A stretch of DNA of 64,000 nt, from contig JAGVRI010000005.1 in assembly GCA_018606645.1 (NCBI GenBank), positions 50,629 through 114,628 on the forward strand, in the 5' to 3' direction. The notes under the pieces were generated by a model. It saw nothing but the letters and a program-made list of their open reading frames with translations. It was not told the origin of the DNA and ran no database searches. Positions 39,364 to 48,928 of this stretch are shown here, in pieces. Positions within the stretch are counted from its first letter, which is position 1, and each line of letters opens with the position of its first letter. The position numbers and the translations under genes were made by a program. The DNA comes from Chloroflexota bacterium. GTDB taxonomy: Bacteria; Chloroflexota; Anaerolineae; JAAYZQ01.

Positions 39364-41043
39364 TTACCGCCGGATCAGGCTGATGAGCAGGACCAGCACG
39401 GCGATGGCCGATAATACGTACGTGACCACGCCAGCTCCCTGGGTGATATAGACGGCGACGGCCGCCAGGCCCAGGGTGGCAAAGAGGATCATCCCGGTCA
39501 AGCGATGGATGGCCGTCTCGATCCGGTGGAGAGCATGCATGGCTTCGGGAGGCCAGGAAGAGCGAACGGTGAGTTCGCCGGCAGCGGCTTGGCTGAGGAC
39601 GCGATCGACCCGGACCGGCAGGGAAAAGATGAGCCGGATGGCCTTTTCCAATTCATCCAGCAGCCCACGCCAGCCCAGCCCGGCCTCCTCGGCAGCCATC
39701 TGCCGGGCAAATGGCTCAATCGCCTGCCAGGGGTCAAAATCAGGGTCCAATGTGGTGGCCATTCCAAATAGAATCGCGATGGCCCGACCCACGAAGAGCA
39801 AGTCCGTGGGCAACTGAAAGGGCATCTCGTAGAGGATGTCCCGATATTCCCGGGCCAGACTCTGCCACTCACTCATCGCCCGCTGTTGTACCTGGCGGAG
39901 GGTCAGGCCCGCGTAGCGTTCCAGGATCTCGGCTTCCACCTGTTCCAGGCGGGCCAGGTCAGCGCCTGGCAATAGCACCCCTGCCCCTTGATACGCACGG
40001 ACCATCCGGCCCGCATCCCGCGCAGCAAAGCCCAGAAGATAATCCCGCAGGTGGCGACGCACCCGCTCAGGAATGGTAGCCACCATCCCAAAATCCACAA
40101 ACACTAATCGAAAGGGAGTGGGCCGGTCGGAGGCGGGCGACAGAGGTTCGACGAACAGGTTGCCTGGGTGGGGATCGGCATGGACAAAATTGTGAATGAA
40201 TACCTGCTTCAGGTAGGTATCAAACAGTCGGCGGGCGACCTCTTTTCGGTCAATGCCGGACTGAGCCATCGCCTCAAAATCGGTGATCTTGATGCTGGCC
40301 ACATTCTCCATGATTAACACCCGGCGGGTGGATAACTCGCGATAGACCTGGGGAATGCGAACCCCGGCATCTCCGGCAAAATCCGAAGCAAAGCGCTCCG
40401 CATGGCGGCTCTCGGCGATGAAATCCAGTTCATTCCGGGTCGTGCGACTGAACTCATCAAACAGGAGGTCGAGATCCACCCGACGGCGGACAGGTCGGTA
40501 GCGTTTGAGCCAGCGAGTCGCCGTCTGGATGGCCCGAAGATCGGTTTCGACAACGCTCTCGATCTGCGGGCGCTGGACCTTGACTACTACCTCTTGTCGA
40601 GTGAGCAATTGAGCGCGGTGAACCTGCGCCAGGGAAGCAGCCGCCTCCGGGTCTGGAGAAAACCAACTGAAGATGTGATGAAGCGGTCGGCCATATTCGG
40701 CCTCAATCACCGCTTGAATGTCGGCCAGACTCTCGGCAGGAACTTCATCCTGCAAGCCGGATAGCTCTGAGGTCACCACGGTGGGCAATACATCCACCCG
40801 AACGCTCAGGAATTGTCCGAGCTTGATCAGCACCCCGCCCAATTCAGTCGCCAGGGCCCGATAGCGGCGGGCGATCCGTTGCCAGCGCAAAGCGAACGAG
40901 CGCTCCACGACCCCCCGTCCCAGCAGGTGACGCAGGAGGATCTCCCACACGATAAAATGGAGAAACACGCCGGCAAAATAGCGGACCACCCGTCGGTAAC
41001 GAGCCCGCTGGATGGTTGCCTTGGGCGCTGTTGGATGGGGCAT
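39364..41043 (-). CDS. ABC1/UbiB-family atypical protein kinase
   Basis: 559 aa with the ABC1 kinase core (HADPHPGNLFV, DFGMV) and a C-terminal TM region. Confidence 0.8.
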   Translation of the reverse strand: MPHPTAPKATIQRARYRRVVRYFAGVFLHFIVWEILLRHLLGRGVVERSFALRWQRIARRYRALATELGGVLIKLGQFLSVRVDVLPTVVTSELSGLQDEVPAESLADIQAVIEAEYGRPLHHIFSWFSPDPEAAASLAQVHRAQLLTRQEVVVKVQRPQIESVVETDLRAIQTATRWLKRYRPVRRRVDLDLLFDEFSRTTRNELDFIAESRHAERFASDFAGDAGVRIPQVYRELSTRRVLIMENVASIKITDFEAMAQSGIDRKEVARRLFDTYLKQVFIHNFVHADPHPGNLFVEPLSPASDRPTPFRLVFVDFGMVATIPERVRRHLRDYLLGFAARDAGRMVRAYQGAGVLLPGADLARLEQVEAEILERYAGLTLRQVQQRAMSEWQSLAREYRDILYEMPFQLPTDLLFVGRAIAILFGMATTLDPDFDPWQAIEPFARQMAAEEAGLGWRGLLDELEKAIRLIFSLPVRVDRVLSQAAAGELTVRSSWPPEAMHALHRIETAIHRLTGMILFATLGLAAVAVYITQGAGVVTYVLSAIAVLVLLISLIRR

Positions 41044-41092
41044 GAGTCACCGTTCTGCAGGAGTGCGCGTCATTCGGGCGGCAGTGGTCTGG

Positions 41093-41566
41093 TCATTCGG
41101 TAATGTCGGCGATCTGACCACGCACGGCGCGGATCAGGTCTTCAGTGGCCAATTCCAGGCCGGCGTCGTGCCGTCCGGCGCTGATGCTCACCCGGGGCTC
41201 CTCCAATATATGATGATCCACGTAGATCGGCACATCCGGGCGGCGCAGGCCAAGGGGAGCCACTGCGCCAATCTGATAGCCGGTGATACGCGGGACATCT
41301 GCTTCCGGCGCCATCTCCAACGTCTTCACGCCCACAATTCGGGCCAGTTTCTTCAGGCTGAGGCGCTGATCGCCCCGCACCAGAGCCAGGACATGGCGCT
41401 TGTCTGGTCGGACGACTAATAACGTTTTGACCACCTGCCGGATCGGCACCCCCCGTTCAGCGGCAGCTTCCTCCACATTCCTGGCCTTGTGGGCGTGGAG
41501 GATCGTTCTGTATGGAATCCCCAATTCATCCAGGGCGCGGATGGCATGCGTTCGGATTTTGTCCAT
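41093..41566 (-). CDS. ybaK: YbaK/ProX-type aminoacyl-tRNA deacylase (Cys-tRNA(Pro)/Ala-tRNA(Pro) editing)
   Basis: 157 aa with YbaK-domain features (VKTLLV, ITGYQIGAVAPLG, SISAGRHDAGLEL). Confidence 0.7.
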   Translation of the reverse strand: MDKIRTHAIRALDELGIPYRTILHAHKARNVEEAAAERGVPIRQVVKTLLVVRPDKRHVLALVRGDQRLSLKKLARIVGVKTLEMAPEADVPRITGYQIGAVAPLGLRRPDVPIYVDHHILEEPRVSISAGRHDAGLELATEDLIRAVRGQIADITE

Positions 41567-41593
41567 GGTACCGATTCCGAGATAAATCGTCCC

Positions 41594-44224
41594 CTATCGT
41601 TGCGCGTTGGTGTGGTTCGTCCTGGCACTCTTCTGGGCCAGGAACCGGGCCACAAAGGCCTTTTCCTCCTCCTCGGTATGGATTTCGCCATCGAGGCGTG
41701 CATCGCGCAGCGCACCAAGCACCTGGCTAAAGAGAGGCGAAGGTTTCAATCCCAGGCTCTTGAGGTATTCTCCGTCCACCACCGGTTGTACATGGCGCAA
41801 CTCCGTTTCATAGCGCCATAGTCGTTCCTGGACTCGCGGCGATGTCGTGCAAAGCCATTGGATCAAGACAGCCGAGGTGGAAAAGTGGCGAAGCAGGGCA
41901 TAGATCTCCCGGTTGGCAAGGTGAGGTTGATCCAGTTTCTCCTCCCGATCTCGCAGATCGAAAACCTGGCGAAGCAGCGTTAGATCGCTTCGGTAGATCT
42001 TCAGGCGATGGATCAACGTCTCCAATTCCGCCCGGCTTAGATGGTAGACCAGCAACGCCAAATAGAGGCCCGGCGGCGGGCGTCCGTTGCTGGTGGATGA
42101 GATCTCCCACCCGCCGCTGGCGATCGCCCGACGCAGTCGGCTAAACCGTTCCCGTGTCTCCTCCGTACAGAACAGACGGGGATGGATCTGGGTCAAAACC
42201 TTCAGGGCATCGAGTCGAAACAGGGCACGCTCGGGTTCTGGTTCGGACAGGATCAAATACAGCTCATGGCGGATCCGCTCCCCCGAGACGCGGGAAAGCA
42301 TCGGCAATGCGTTGTCAATCAACTCAGCCGTACGGGGTTCGATGACAAACCCCAGGCGCTGCTCAAAGCGGACGGCGCGCATAATCCGGGTGGGATCCTC
42401 GATGAAACTCAGGCTGTGCAGCACCCGGATCACGCCCTCCCTCAGGTCCTGCTCACCGCCGTAAAAGTCCAACAGCTCCCCGTAATGATCCGAATCCAGT
42501 CGGATGGCCAGGGTATTGATCGTAAAGTCCCGGCGATGGAGATCGGCCTTGATCGAACTCCGTTCCACTTCCGGCAAGGCAGCCGAGTGAGCATAGAACT
42601 CCATCCGGGCGGTGGCGAAATCAAGGGACGACACACCAAACTCGTCTTCGCGGCCTTCGAGAACGATCTTGGCGGTGCCAAACTGTCGGTGGCTTCGAGT
42701 GCGCGCTCCCACCCGTCGGGCCACACGCCGAGCCAGTTCGATGGCATCGCCTTCGACGACCAGGTCCATGTCCAGAGTCGGCTGACCCAGCAACAGATCG
42801 CGGACAAACCCGCCCACCACATACAACGGATACCCCATCTCCTGGGCCAGTGCGCTGGCTTGCTGGAGTAGATTCAACAGCGGACCAGGGAGAGCCTCTT
42901 CGATCTTTTGAGTAATTTCCCGCCGGCGCGAGGGCCGGTAGGGTTCTGCCGCCCATAGCTTGATCAGGTCGGTGCGGGTCACCACACCGATGATCTCGTC
43001 ATCCTGGACGACCGGTACCTGACCCACGCCATAGCGGGTCATCACCTGTTGGAGTCGCTCCAACGAATCGGTGGGCAGGACATGAATGTTCCCCTTGGTC
43101 ATGTAATGACTGACCGGCATGTGGCCCAGTCGCAAACGTGCGGCGCGGTCGATCTCGCGACGGGAGAGGATGCCCACGATCTTGCCGGCGTTATCCACCA
43201 CCGGGAACCCCTCAAATCCATAGCGGAGCATCGCCTCCATCGCCTCGTCGACCGTGGTGTCCGGCGAGAGGGTATGGACGCCGTAGGACATAATCTGAGC
43301 CACTGTCTGAGTCGGACGAATATGCTGCGCCAAGATTTCCAGGAGCTCCTGCCGAACGGTCTCCAAATCCATGTCGCGGATCAAGGCCGCAGCCGCCCGC
43401 GTGTGCCCTCCTCCTCCAAAATGACCGGCGATTTGGCCGACGTCTATGGTGTCGGTCGTCGAGCGAGCGACCATCTGCAAATACTCGCCCAGGTCCACCA
43501 ACAGGAACAGACAGGATGGATCATACAGGTCTCGGATCTTGTGGGCCAGAGTGGAAATCTCTTCCACATACCCCTCGGCCACCGCCGAGGCGATCACGAT
43601 GGTATGTCCGGCCAACTCAAACACCTCGGCGCTGTCGAGTAACGTGTTGTAGAGATTCAGTTGCTGGTCTGTGAGCGGATAGTACAAAAAATCGCTGACC
43701 ACCGCCAGATTCGCGCCATTTTCGATCAGCCACGCCGTGCAGCGCAGATCGCGGGCGGTGGTGGTGGGATAGATCAGTGAACCGGTATCTTCATAGACGC
43801 CCAACGTCAACAGAGTCGCCTCTACTGGTGTTAGTGAAATCCGGTTCTCCACGATCTGCTCCACCAGCAGGGTCACCGTGGCACCTACCGCCTCGCCGGT
43901 ATAGCTCCAATGGGGTGGTAGATCGCGGCCCAGAGGATGGTGATCGATGATCTGGACGATGGTATTCTCGGTCATGCCTTTGGGCGTGACCAACGTCTGG
44001 GTATCGACCAGCGTCACCCGCTCCACCTCCACCCGGCGCGGCAAGTCTTCATACCGGATATACGGCAGTTCATCCCAATACAGGGTCAAGAAATCCCGAA
44101 GATTGCGATTCACGCGGCGAGACAGCACCGGCTTGGCCTGGGGATAGAGTTTCCAGGCAGCCAGTTGCGAGGCCAGGCCATCGAAATCGGTGTTTTCGTG
44201 GGTCAGTATCAGATGCACCCCCAT
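41594..44224 (-). CDS. multidomain DHH/DHHA1 phosphoesterase, CBS pair and tRNA-nucleotidyltransferase/poly(A)-polymerase protein
   Basis: 876 aa. N-terminal DHH motif (LILTHENTDFDGLAS), two CBS domains (the second begins ...VSHYMTKGNIHVLPTDSLE), and a C-terminal Pol-beta NTase head (YVVGGFVRDLLLG ... DFTINTLA). Confidence 0.8.
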   Translation of the reverse strand: MGVHLILTHENTDFDGLASQLAAWKLYPQAKPVLSRRVNRNLRDFLTLYWDELPYIRYEDLPRRVEVERVTLVDTQTLVTPKGMTENTIVQIIDHHPLGRDLPPHWSYTGEAVGATVTLLVEQIVENRISLTPVEATLLTLGVYEDTGSLIYPTTTARDLRCTAWLIENGANLAVVSDFLYYPLTDQQLNLYNTLLDSAEVFELAGHTIVIASAVAEGYVEEISTLAHKIRDLYDPSCLFLLVDLGEYLQMVARSTTDTIDVGQIAGHFGGGGHTRAAAALIRDMDLETVRQELLEILAQHIRPTQTVAQIMSYGVHTLSPDTTVDEAMEAMLRYGFEGFPVVDNAGKIVGILSRREIDRAARLRLGHMPVSHYMTKGNIHVLPTDSLERLQQVMTRYGVGQVPVVQDDEIIGVVTRTDLIKLWAAEPYRPSRRREITQKIEEALPGPLLNLLQQASALAQEMGYPLYVVGGFVRDLLLGQPTLDMDLVVEGDAIELARRVARRVGARTRSHRQFGTAKIVLEGREDEFGVSSLDFATARMEFYAHSAALPEVERSSIKADLHRRDFTINTLAIRLDSDHYGELLDFYGGEQDLREGVIRVLHSLSFIEDPTRIMRAVRFEQRLGFVIEPRTAELIDNALPMLSRVSGERIRHELYLILSEPEPERALFRLDALKVLTQIHPRLFCTEETRERFSRLRRAIASGGWEISSTSNGRPPPGLYLALLVYHLSRAELETLIHRLKIYRSDLTLLRQVFDLRDREEKLDQPHLANREIYALLRHFSTSAVLIQWLCTTSPRVQERLWRYETELRHVQPVVDGEYLKSLGLKPSPLFSQVLGALRDARLDGEIHTEEEEKAFVARFLAQKSARTNHTNAQR

Positions 44225-44705
44225 GAACCCTCCAGCAATCGGATTATACCATTAAGAGCACCGGGGGGCAATCAGAGCTTGGGAAGCGTCACCGGTTGGG
44301 GGTCTCGCCATTTGATGCGTGAAGGAATGGCTCTCGCTGGCGAAAACTGACTTAACAATGGTTCTTGCCGCCGGTCCGGCAGCGTTTGGCCGAGAAGTGG
44401 CTACGGTCTGTGGCGAAGCTGGCGACCCAAGCGATTCTGGCTAGCCAGTCGCCACAAAGCCTCCTCGGCCTCCGGCTACAAACTGACTGCCTGGGCGGTC
44501 GCTCCCTCGCTCCACCCCTCCACGGCCTTCAATGGCTGGTCCAGAGGGAAAACCCCCGCGCCGCAACCGTCACAGGTGAAGTAGGCTCTTCGAACGTCGA
44601 ATTGCAGATTCCTGGGCCATTCTTTCCCCTCCCATCAGCCATTTCCCCCTATTCTACCTCACCCGACAAGTTTGGGACGCACCCGTTCGGTGTGCGACAG
44701 CCTAT

Positions 44706-44735
44706 TTGACAAATCCATACCCCGCTCGTTATAAT
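44706..44735 (+). promoter_or_regulatory. near-consensus sigma-70 promoter (TTGACA -18 nt- TATAAT) driving the downstream plus-strand glycan locus
   Basis: TTGACA at 44706-44711 and TATAAT at 44730-44735, about 40 nt upstream of the GTG at 44774. Confidence 0.6.
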
Positions 44736-44773
44736 TTGTATATCATATCTCTTCTTCACAGGGAATGGCATAG

Positions 44774-46129
44774 GTGCACAATGAAGGCGATGCCGATCTC
44801 GTGGTTCTCGGCGGCGGCCTGGCTGGTCTGACCTTCGCTTGGGAAGCGGGTCATCGTGGCCGGCAGGTTTCCATTCTGGAGTGTCAACCGCAGGTCGGCG
44901 GGTTGGCCCGGACGTTGGTCTTCAACGGCTACCGTTTCGATCTGGGCGGCCACCGTTTTGTGAGCGCCTGGCCGGAGGTCACCCAGTGGGTGCAAGAAGT
45001 GATGGCCGACGACCTGGTGTCAGTAGTTCGACGCAGCCGTATCCATTTGGGTGGACGGTATGTCGATTATCCCCTGCAGTTCCCCAATGCGTTCACTGCG
45101 TTCAGCTTCCCCCAGGCCATCCGCATCCTGGCCAGCTATCTGTACGCTTCCCTGCGACGGAACGATCAGCCCGATATCTCGTTCGAAGATTGGGTGGTGC
45201 GTCGTTTCGGGCGAGGGCTGTACGACATCTACTTCCGCCCCTACACTGAGAAGGTATGGGGCATACCCTGCGCTGAATTGTCGGCGGACTGGGCCAGTCA
45301 ACGCATCCAGTTGCCCAGCCTGACGGCTGCGGTCCGCAGCAGCCTCTTCCGCCAGCAGTCCCCTCCGGCCACTCTCGTCTCGCGTTTCCTCTACCCCACC
45401 CTGGGCATCGGCTCGTTGCCGGAACGGATCGTTGCTCAGGCCCAGGCCACTGGTCGCGTCACCCTCCATCTAAACAGTACCGTTGAACGCCTGGAGCCGG
45501 ATGGCAGGGCGTGGCGCGTCTACTACCGGCAGGATGGTCAGGAGAGTACAATCGCTGGACGGCAAGTCATCTCCACCATTCCCCTGGACACGCTCGTGCG
45601 CGCGTTGCCGCTGGGCGATGGCGTCGCCGAACTCAGCCGCGCGCTGGCCTACCGGGGAATCATTTGCGTCCTGTTAGCCGTAGACGGCCCCCGGATCAGC
45701 CAGGATACCTGGACCTACTTCCCGGATCACCGCCTGATCTTTGGTCGCATCCATGAACCAGTGAACTGGAGCCGCCTGATGGCTCCGCCGGGCAAGACCT
45801 CGCTCTGCCTGGAGATCTTTTCTTCGGAAGGCGATGGCGTCTGGCAGGAAACTGACGAGCGGTTGGTGGATTGCGCTCTGGCAGACCTGAACCGGCTGAG
45901 GTTATTGACCCCGGACCGCGTCGAGGCAGCGTGGGTGACGCGGGTGACCCATGCCTACCCTATCTACCGGGTGGGCTACGCCCGGGTCCTGCGCCAGGCG
46001 CGAGAATTGATCGCCCGCTGGCCCACGCTGCACCTGTTGGGACGCACCGGCGAGTTCGAGTACCTGAACATGGACGCGGTGATCCTTCGAGCATTGCGCC
46101 TGGCGGATCGATTGGCCGATGATCGCTGA
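44774..46129 (+). CDS. FAD-dependent oxidoreductase (amine-oxidase / protoporphyrinogen-oxidase / UDP-galactopyranose-mutase-like fold)
   Basis: DLVVLGGGLAGLTFA...ILECQPQVGGLART dinucleotide-binding motif. 451 aa. The GTG start is inferred. Confidence 0.7.
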   Translation: MHNEGDADLVVLGGGLAGLTFAWEAGHRGRQVSILECQPQVGGLARTLVFNGYRFDLGGHRFVSAWPEVTQWVQEVMADDLVSVVRRSRIHLGGRYVDYPLQFPNAFTAFSFPQAIRILASYLYASLRRNDQPDISFEDWVVRRFGRGLYDIYFRPYTEKVWGIPCAELSADWASQRIQLPSLTAAVRSSLFRQQSPPATLVSRFLYPTLGIGSLPERIVAQAQATGRVTLHLNSTVERLEPDGRAWRVYYRQDGQESTIAGRQVISTIPLDTLVRALPLGDGVAELSRALAYRGIICVLLAVDGPRISQDTWTYFPDHRLIFGRIHEPVNWSRLMAPPGKTSLCLEIFSSEGDGVWQETDERLVDCALADLNRLRLLTPDRVEAAWVTRVTHAYPIYRVGYARVLRQARELIARWPTLHLLGRTGEFEYLNMDAVILRALRLADRLADDR

Positions 46130-47570
46130 AACGCAGATCGCCCTGCGTAACTCCGGCTGGGTGCTCGCCCAGCAGGCAGCCCAGATGGTCAGCGGCCTGT
46201 TGTTTGCCATGTTGGTGGTGCGACTGATGGGGCCGGAGATGTACGGGCGTTATGCCGTCTTGACCGCCCTGCTGGTCTGGTTCTTTCTCCTCGGCGGGTT
46301 GGGCTTTAACCAGGTGATCGCCCGCTATGTGCCAGAGTATCGCCTCGCCGACGATGCAGACGGACTGGCCCGTTTCCTGGGCGGTGTGTTAGGCATCCGC
46401 CTGCTGAGCGCCGTCGGGGCTGCTGCCGTGTATCTCACCCTGACTCGACTCTGGTTGCGCGACCTGGACCCGGTGACACTGATGCTGATGGCCGGTGCGC
46501 TGTGCCTGCGCTGTATTTCCCAGTTCTTTTACTCCCTGTTTTTGGGACTTAACCGCGCCGGGCGGTGGGGCATGAATCAGGTTCTCCGCGAATGGGTGAC
46601 GCTGGGGCTCATTATCCCTGGCGTGCGCTGGCTGGGCCTGCGCGGTGCGGGCTGGGCGTTGCTGGGTACAGAGATCATAGTGTTGTTCGTAGCCCTGGTC
46701 TGGGCGCGCTCGCATCTGTGCGGCCTGCGCCTGGGTCTAAATGCGTCGGCCCATCTGCGCTTTGCACTGATCTTCTTTGCCGGCAGTGTGCTCTTGACCG
46801 CTTTTCAATACAGCGGCGAACCCCTGGTGCGCGCCCTGTCGCTCGACTACACCCAGGTGGCCTATTTCGGGCTGGCGTACAATATTTACCTGACTATTTC
46901 GGCGGCGATGGGGCAATTGACCCACTCCTTCGTGCCGTGGTGGACGGCGCTATGGACGCGGGGTCACAGCCAGGACCTCCAGGTGTGGGTTGAGCGGCTG
47001 GTCAAGTGGCTGGCCATTGGCGGCGTAGCGATGGTGATGGGCGTGTCATTCCTGGGCGAGGAGGCCGTCGTTCTGGTCTTTGGCGCGGCCTATCGCCCGG
47101 TCGCCGTCCACCTGATCCCATTGGCGCTGGCTACGGTGGCCCTGGCGTTGAGCTATGTTGCCTACACGCTGACAGCGGTGTGCGAAAGGCCCGAGGTGGC
47201 ATGGTGGGCATCGGCCCTGCGGGCGGCCAGTTTTTGGGCGCTGGGCATCCCGCTGATCGCCTGGAAGGGCAGCCTGGGTGGGTGCATCGCCGTCCTGGCG
47301 GCCGTGTCGCTGCACGCTGCCTACCTCACCATAGAGATGCGCCGGGCGGCGCTGCCATATTCACTGCGCCCTTGGGGGCTGGCGGTCGCCCTGGGCGCGA
47401 TCTTTTGGCCGCTGGGCTGGCTGCGCGTCTCATGGACCGTCCGCGCGGTGCTGTGTGGCGCCGCCCTGATCGGGTACGCCGGTCTACTCCTGGCGGTGCG
47501 ACTGGTCACACCGGTCGAGCTGCGCACCGTCTGGCAAACCGTTCGCAGAAGAGAGGAGGGAGGCGCATGA
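46119..47570 (+). CDS. polysaccharide/oligosaccharide flippase (Wzx-like, MOP superfamily)
   Basis: 483 aa with about 12-14 predicted TM helices. The N-terminus LRNSGWVLAQQAAQMVSGLLFAMLVVRLMGPEMYGRYAV is typical of Wzx/RfbX. Confidence 0.7.
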   Translation: MIAETQIALRNSGWVLAQQAAQMVSGLLFAMLVVRLMGPEMYGRYAVLTALLVWFFLLGGLGFNQVIARYVPEYRLADDADGLARFLGGVLGIRLLSAVGAAAVYLTLTRLWLRDLDPVTLMLMAGALCLRCISQFFYSLFLGLNRAGRWGMNQVLREWVTLGLIIPGVRWLGLRGAGWALLGTEIIVLFVALVWARSHLCGLRLGLNASAHLRFALIFFAGSVLLTAFQYSGEPLVRALSLDYTQVAYFGLAYNIYLTISAAMGQLTHSFVPWWTALWTRGHSQDLQVWVERLVKWLAIGGVAMVMGVSFLGEEAVVLVFGAAYRPVAVHLIPLALATVALALSYVAYTLTAVCERPEVAWWASALRAASFWALGIPLIAWKGSLGGCIAVLAAVSLHAAYLTIEMRRAALPYSLRPWGLAVALGAIFWPLGWLRVSWTVRAVLCGAALIGYAGLLLAVRLVTPVELRTVWQTVRRREEGGA

Positions 47571-48928
47571 TCGCGGCCCGTCTATATGGGAGTGTGTATC
47601 TGGCAGTTCACCTGCGCGGCCAGGCGGGGTACCCGTTCCGGCCGCTGGCGGCCATCGAACGCGATCGGGATCGTCGCGTGCGGGCGATGGTCGCCTATGC
47701 GTACCGTCTTGTGCCTTATTACCGCGAGACAATGGACCGCCTGGGCCTGCGCCCGGCCGATTTTCGCACTGCTGCTGACCTGGCCCGCCTCCCCATCCTG
47801 GAACGGGATCAGCTCCAGCGCGACCCGGAGTATTTTGTGTCCACCGCGCAACCGCTGGACCGCTACCTGCGGCTGCGCAGCGGCGGTAGCACTGGCGCGC
47901 CGCGCACCATCTACCACGACGTGCGGGCTTTGCTCCAGAATCGGGCGCACGCTGAACGGGAAAGCCCGATCATCGCCCGGTTTGTCGGCCGGCGCTGGGG
48001 CTACCGCATGGCATCTGTCGGCTCCCCGCTCAGTTCCGGACAGGAGATCGGCCGGTTTTTGGGCGCGCGATCCTTCACCCCGCCCAGCTTGAGGATTGAG
48101 CGCCAGGCCCTGTCGCTGTTCGACCCGCCCGAAGAGAATGTGCGCCGGATCAATGTGCTGCGGCCGGATATCCTGCACAGCTATGGCTCCTACCTGGAGG
48201 TCCTGTTCGGATACCTGCATGCTTCCGGTGAATCGTTTCACCGTCCGAAGCTGATCACGTACACCTCGGATGGCATGTCCGATTCGGTCAGGCGCCTGAT
48301 CGAACAGGAATTCCACATTCCGGTGCTGAGCACCTACCAGGCTATCGAGGCGCTTCGGATCGCGTTTGAGTGTGAGCAGCACCTGGGCCTGCATCTGAAC
48401 GTGGACCTGTACCCGCTGCGCATCGTGGATGAGAACGGGCGGGATCGACCGCTCGGCGAGAGCGGCGACATCGTGATCTCGAACCTGGTCAACCGCGCCA
48501 CCGTGTTGCTCAACTATCGCCTGGGCGATGTGGCCACGCTGAGGGCGGACCGGTGTCCCTGCGGCCGGTCGCTGCCATTGCTCTCCTTCCCCGAAGGACG
48601 CAGCGATGACCTGATCCAACTACCCGGAGGCGGCGTGATGCATCCTCAGGCAATCCGTATTATCTTTACCCACGAGCCCCAGGTCTGGCAGTACCAGGTC
48701 ATGCAAGAGACGGCAACCCGCTTCCGTATCGCCATCGTCGCCTCCCCCTCCTGCGATCGCGCCCAGACGAGCGTCCGGGTGCGGGAGGGATTCATCCGCA
48801 CCTTTGGATCGGAGATTCAAGTGGAGATCGAGTTTGTGGATTCGATCCCCCGCACCCGGGGCGGCAAGGTGCGTCCGGTCCTCTCGCTGTGCCAACAGTC
48901 GGCGCTCTCCGGACAAGACCATGGTTAG
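47567..48928 (+). CDS. CapK-like / coenzyme F390 synthetase-like adenylate-forming enzyme (phenylacetate-CoA ligase family)
   Basis: RSGGSTGAPRTIYHD P-loop-like AMP-binding motif and the PaaK/F390-synthetase architecture. The ATG at 47567 is preceded by GAGGAGGGAGG and overlaps the flippase stop (ATGA). The longer ORF from 47006 was rejected. Confidence 0.7.
   Translation: MIAARLYGSVYLAVHLRGQAGYPFRPLAAIERDRDRRVRAMVAYAYRLVPYYRETMDRLGLRPADFRTAADLARLPILERDQLQRDPEYFVSTAQPLDRYLRLRSGGSTGAPRTIYHDVRALLQNRAHAERESPIIARFVGRRWGYRMASVGSPLSSGQEIGRFLGARSFTPPSLRIERQALSLFDPPEENVRRINVLRPDILHSYGSYLEVLFGYLHASGESFHRPKLITYTSDGMSDSVRRLIEQEFHIPVLSTYQAIEALRIAFECEQHLGLHLNVDLYPLRIVDENGRDRPLGESGDIVISNLVNRATVLLNYRLGDVATLRADRCPCGRSLPLLSFPEGRSDDLIQLPGGGVMHPQAIRIIFTHEPQVWQYQVMQETATRFRIAIVASPSCDRAQTSVRVREGFIRTFGSEIQVEIEFVDSIPRTRGGKVRPVLSLCQQSALSGQDHG

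Noticed and set aside
44365-44709. 114-aa plus-strand ORF in the 480-bp gap
   Set aside because: It has no RBS and a low-complexity sequence (Pro/Ser/Leu-rich). It would run into the -35 of the downstream promoter. Treated as non-coding.
47006-47566. N-terminal 187-codon extension of the CapK-like ORF
   Set aside because: It overlaps the 3' half of the flippase gene in another frame and is Gly/Arg-rich junk. A strong RBS and ATG at 47567 coincide with the flippase stop, and homology to F390-synthetase/PaaK begins there.
47582-48619. 345-aa minus-strand ORF
   Set aside because: Antisense to the CapK-like ligase gene, which has an AMP-binding motif and RBS support. No homology features.
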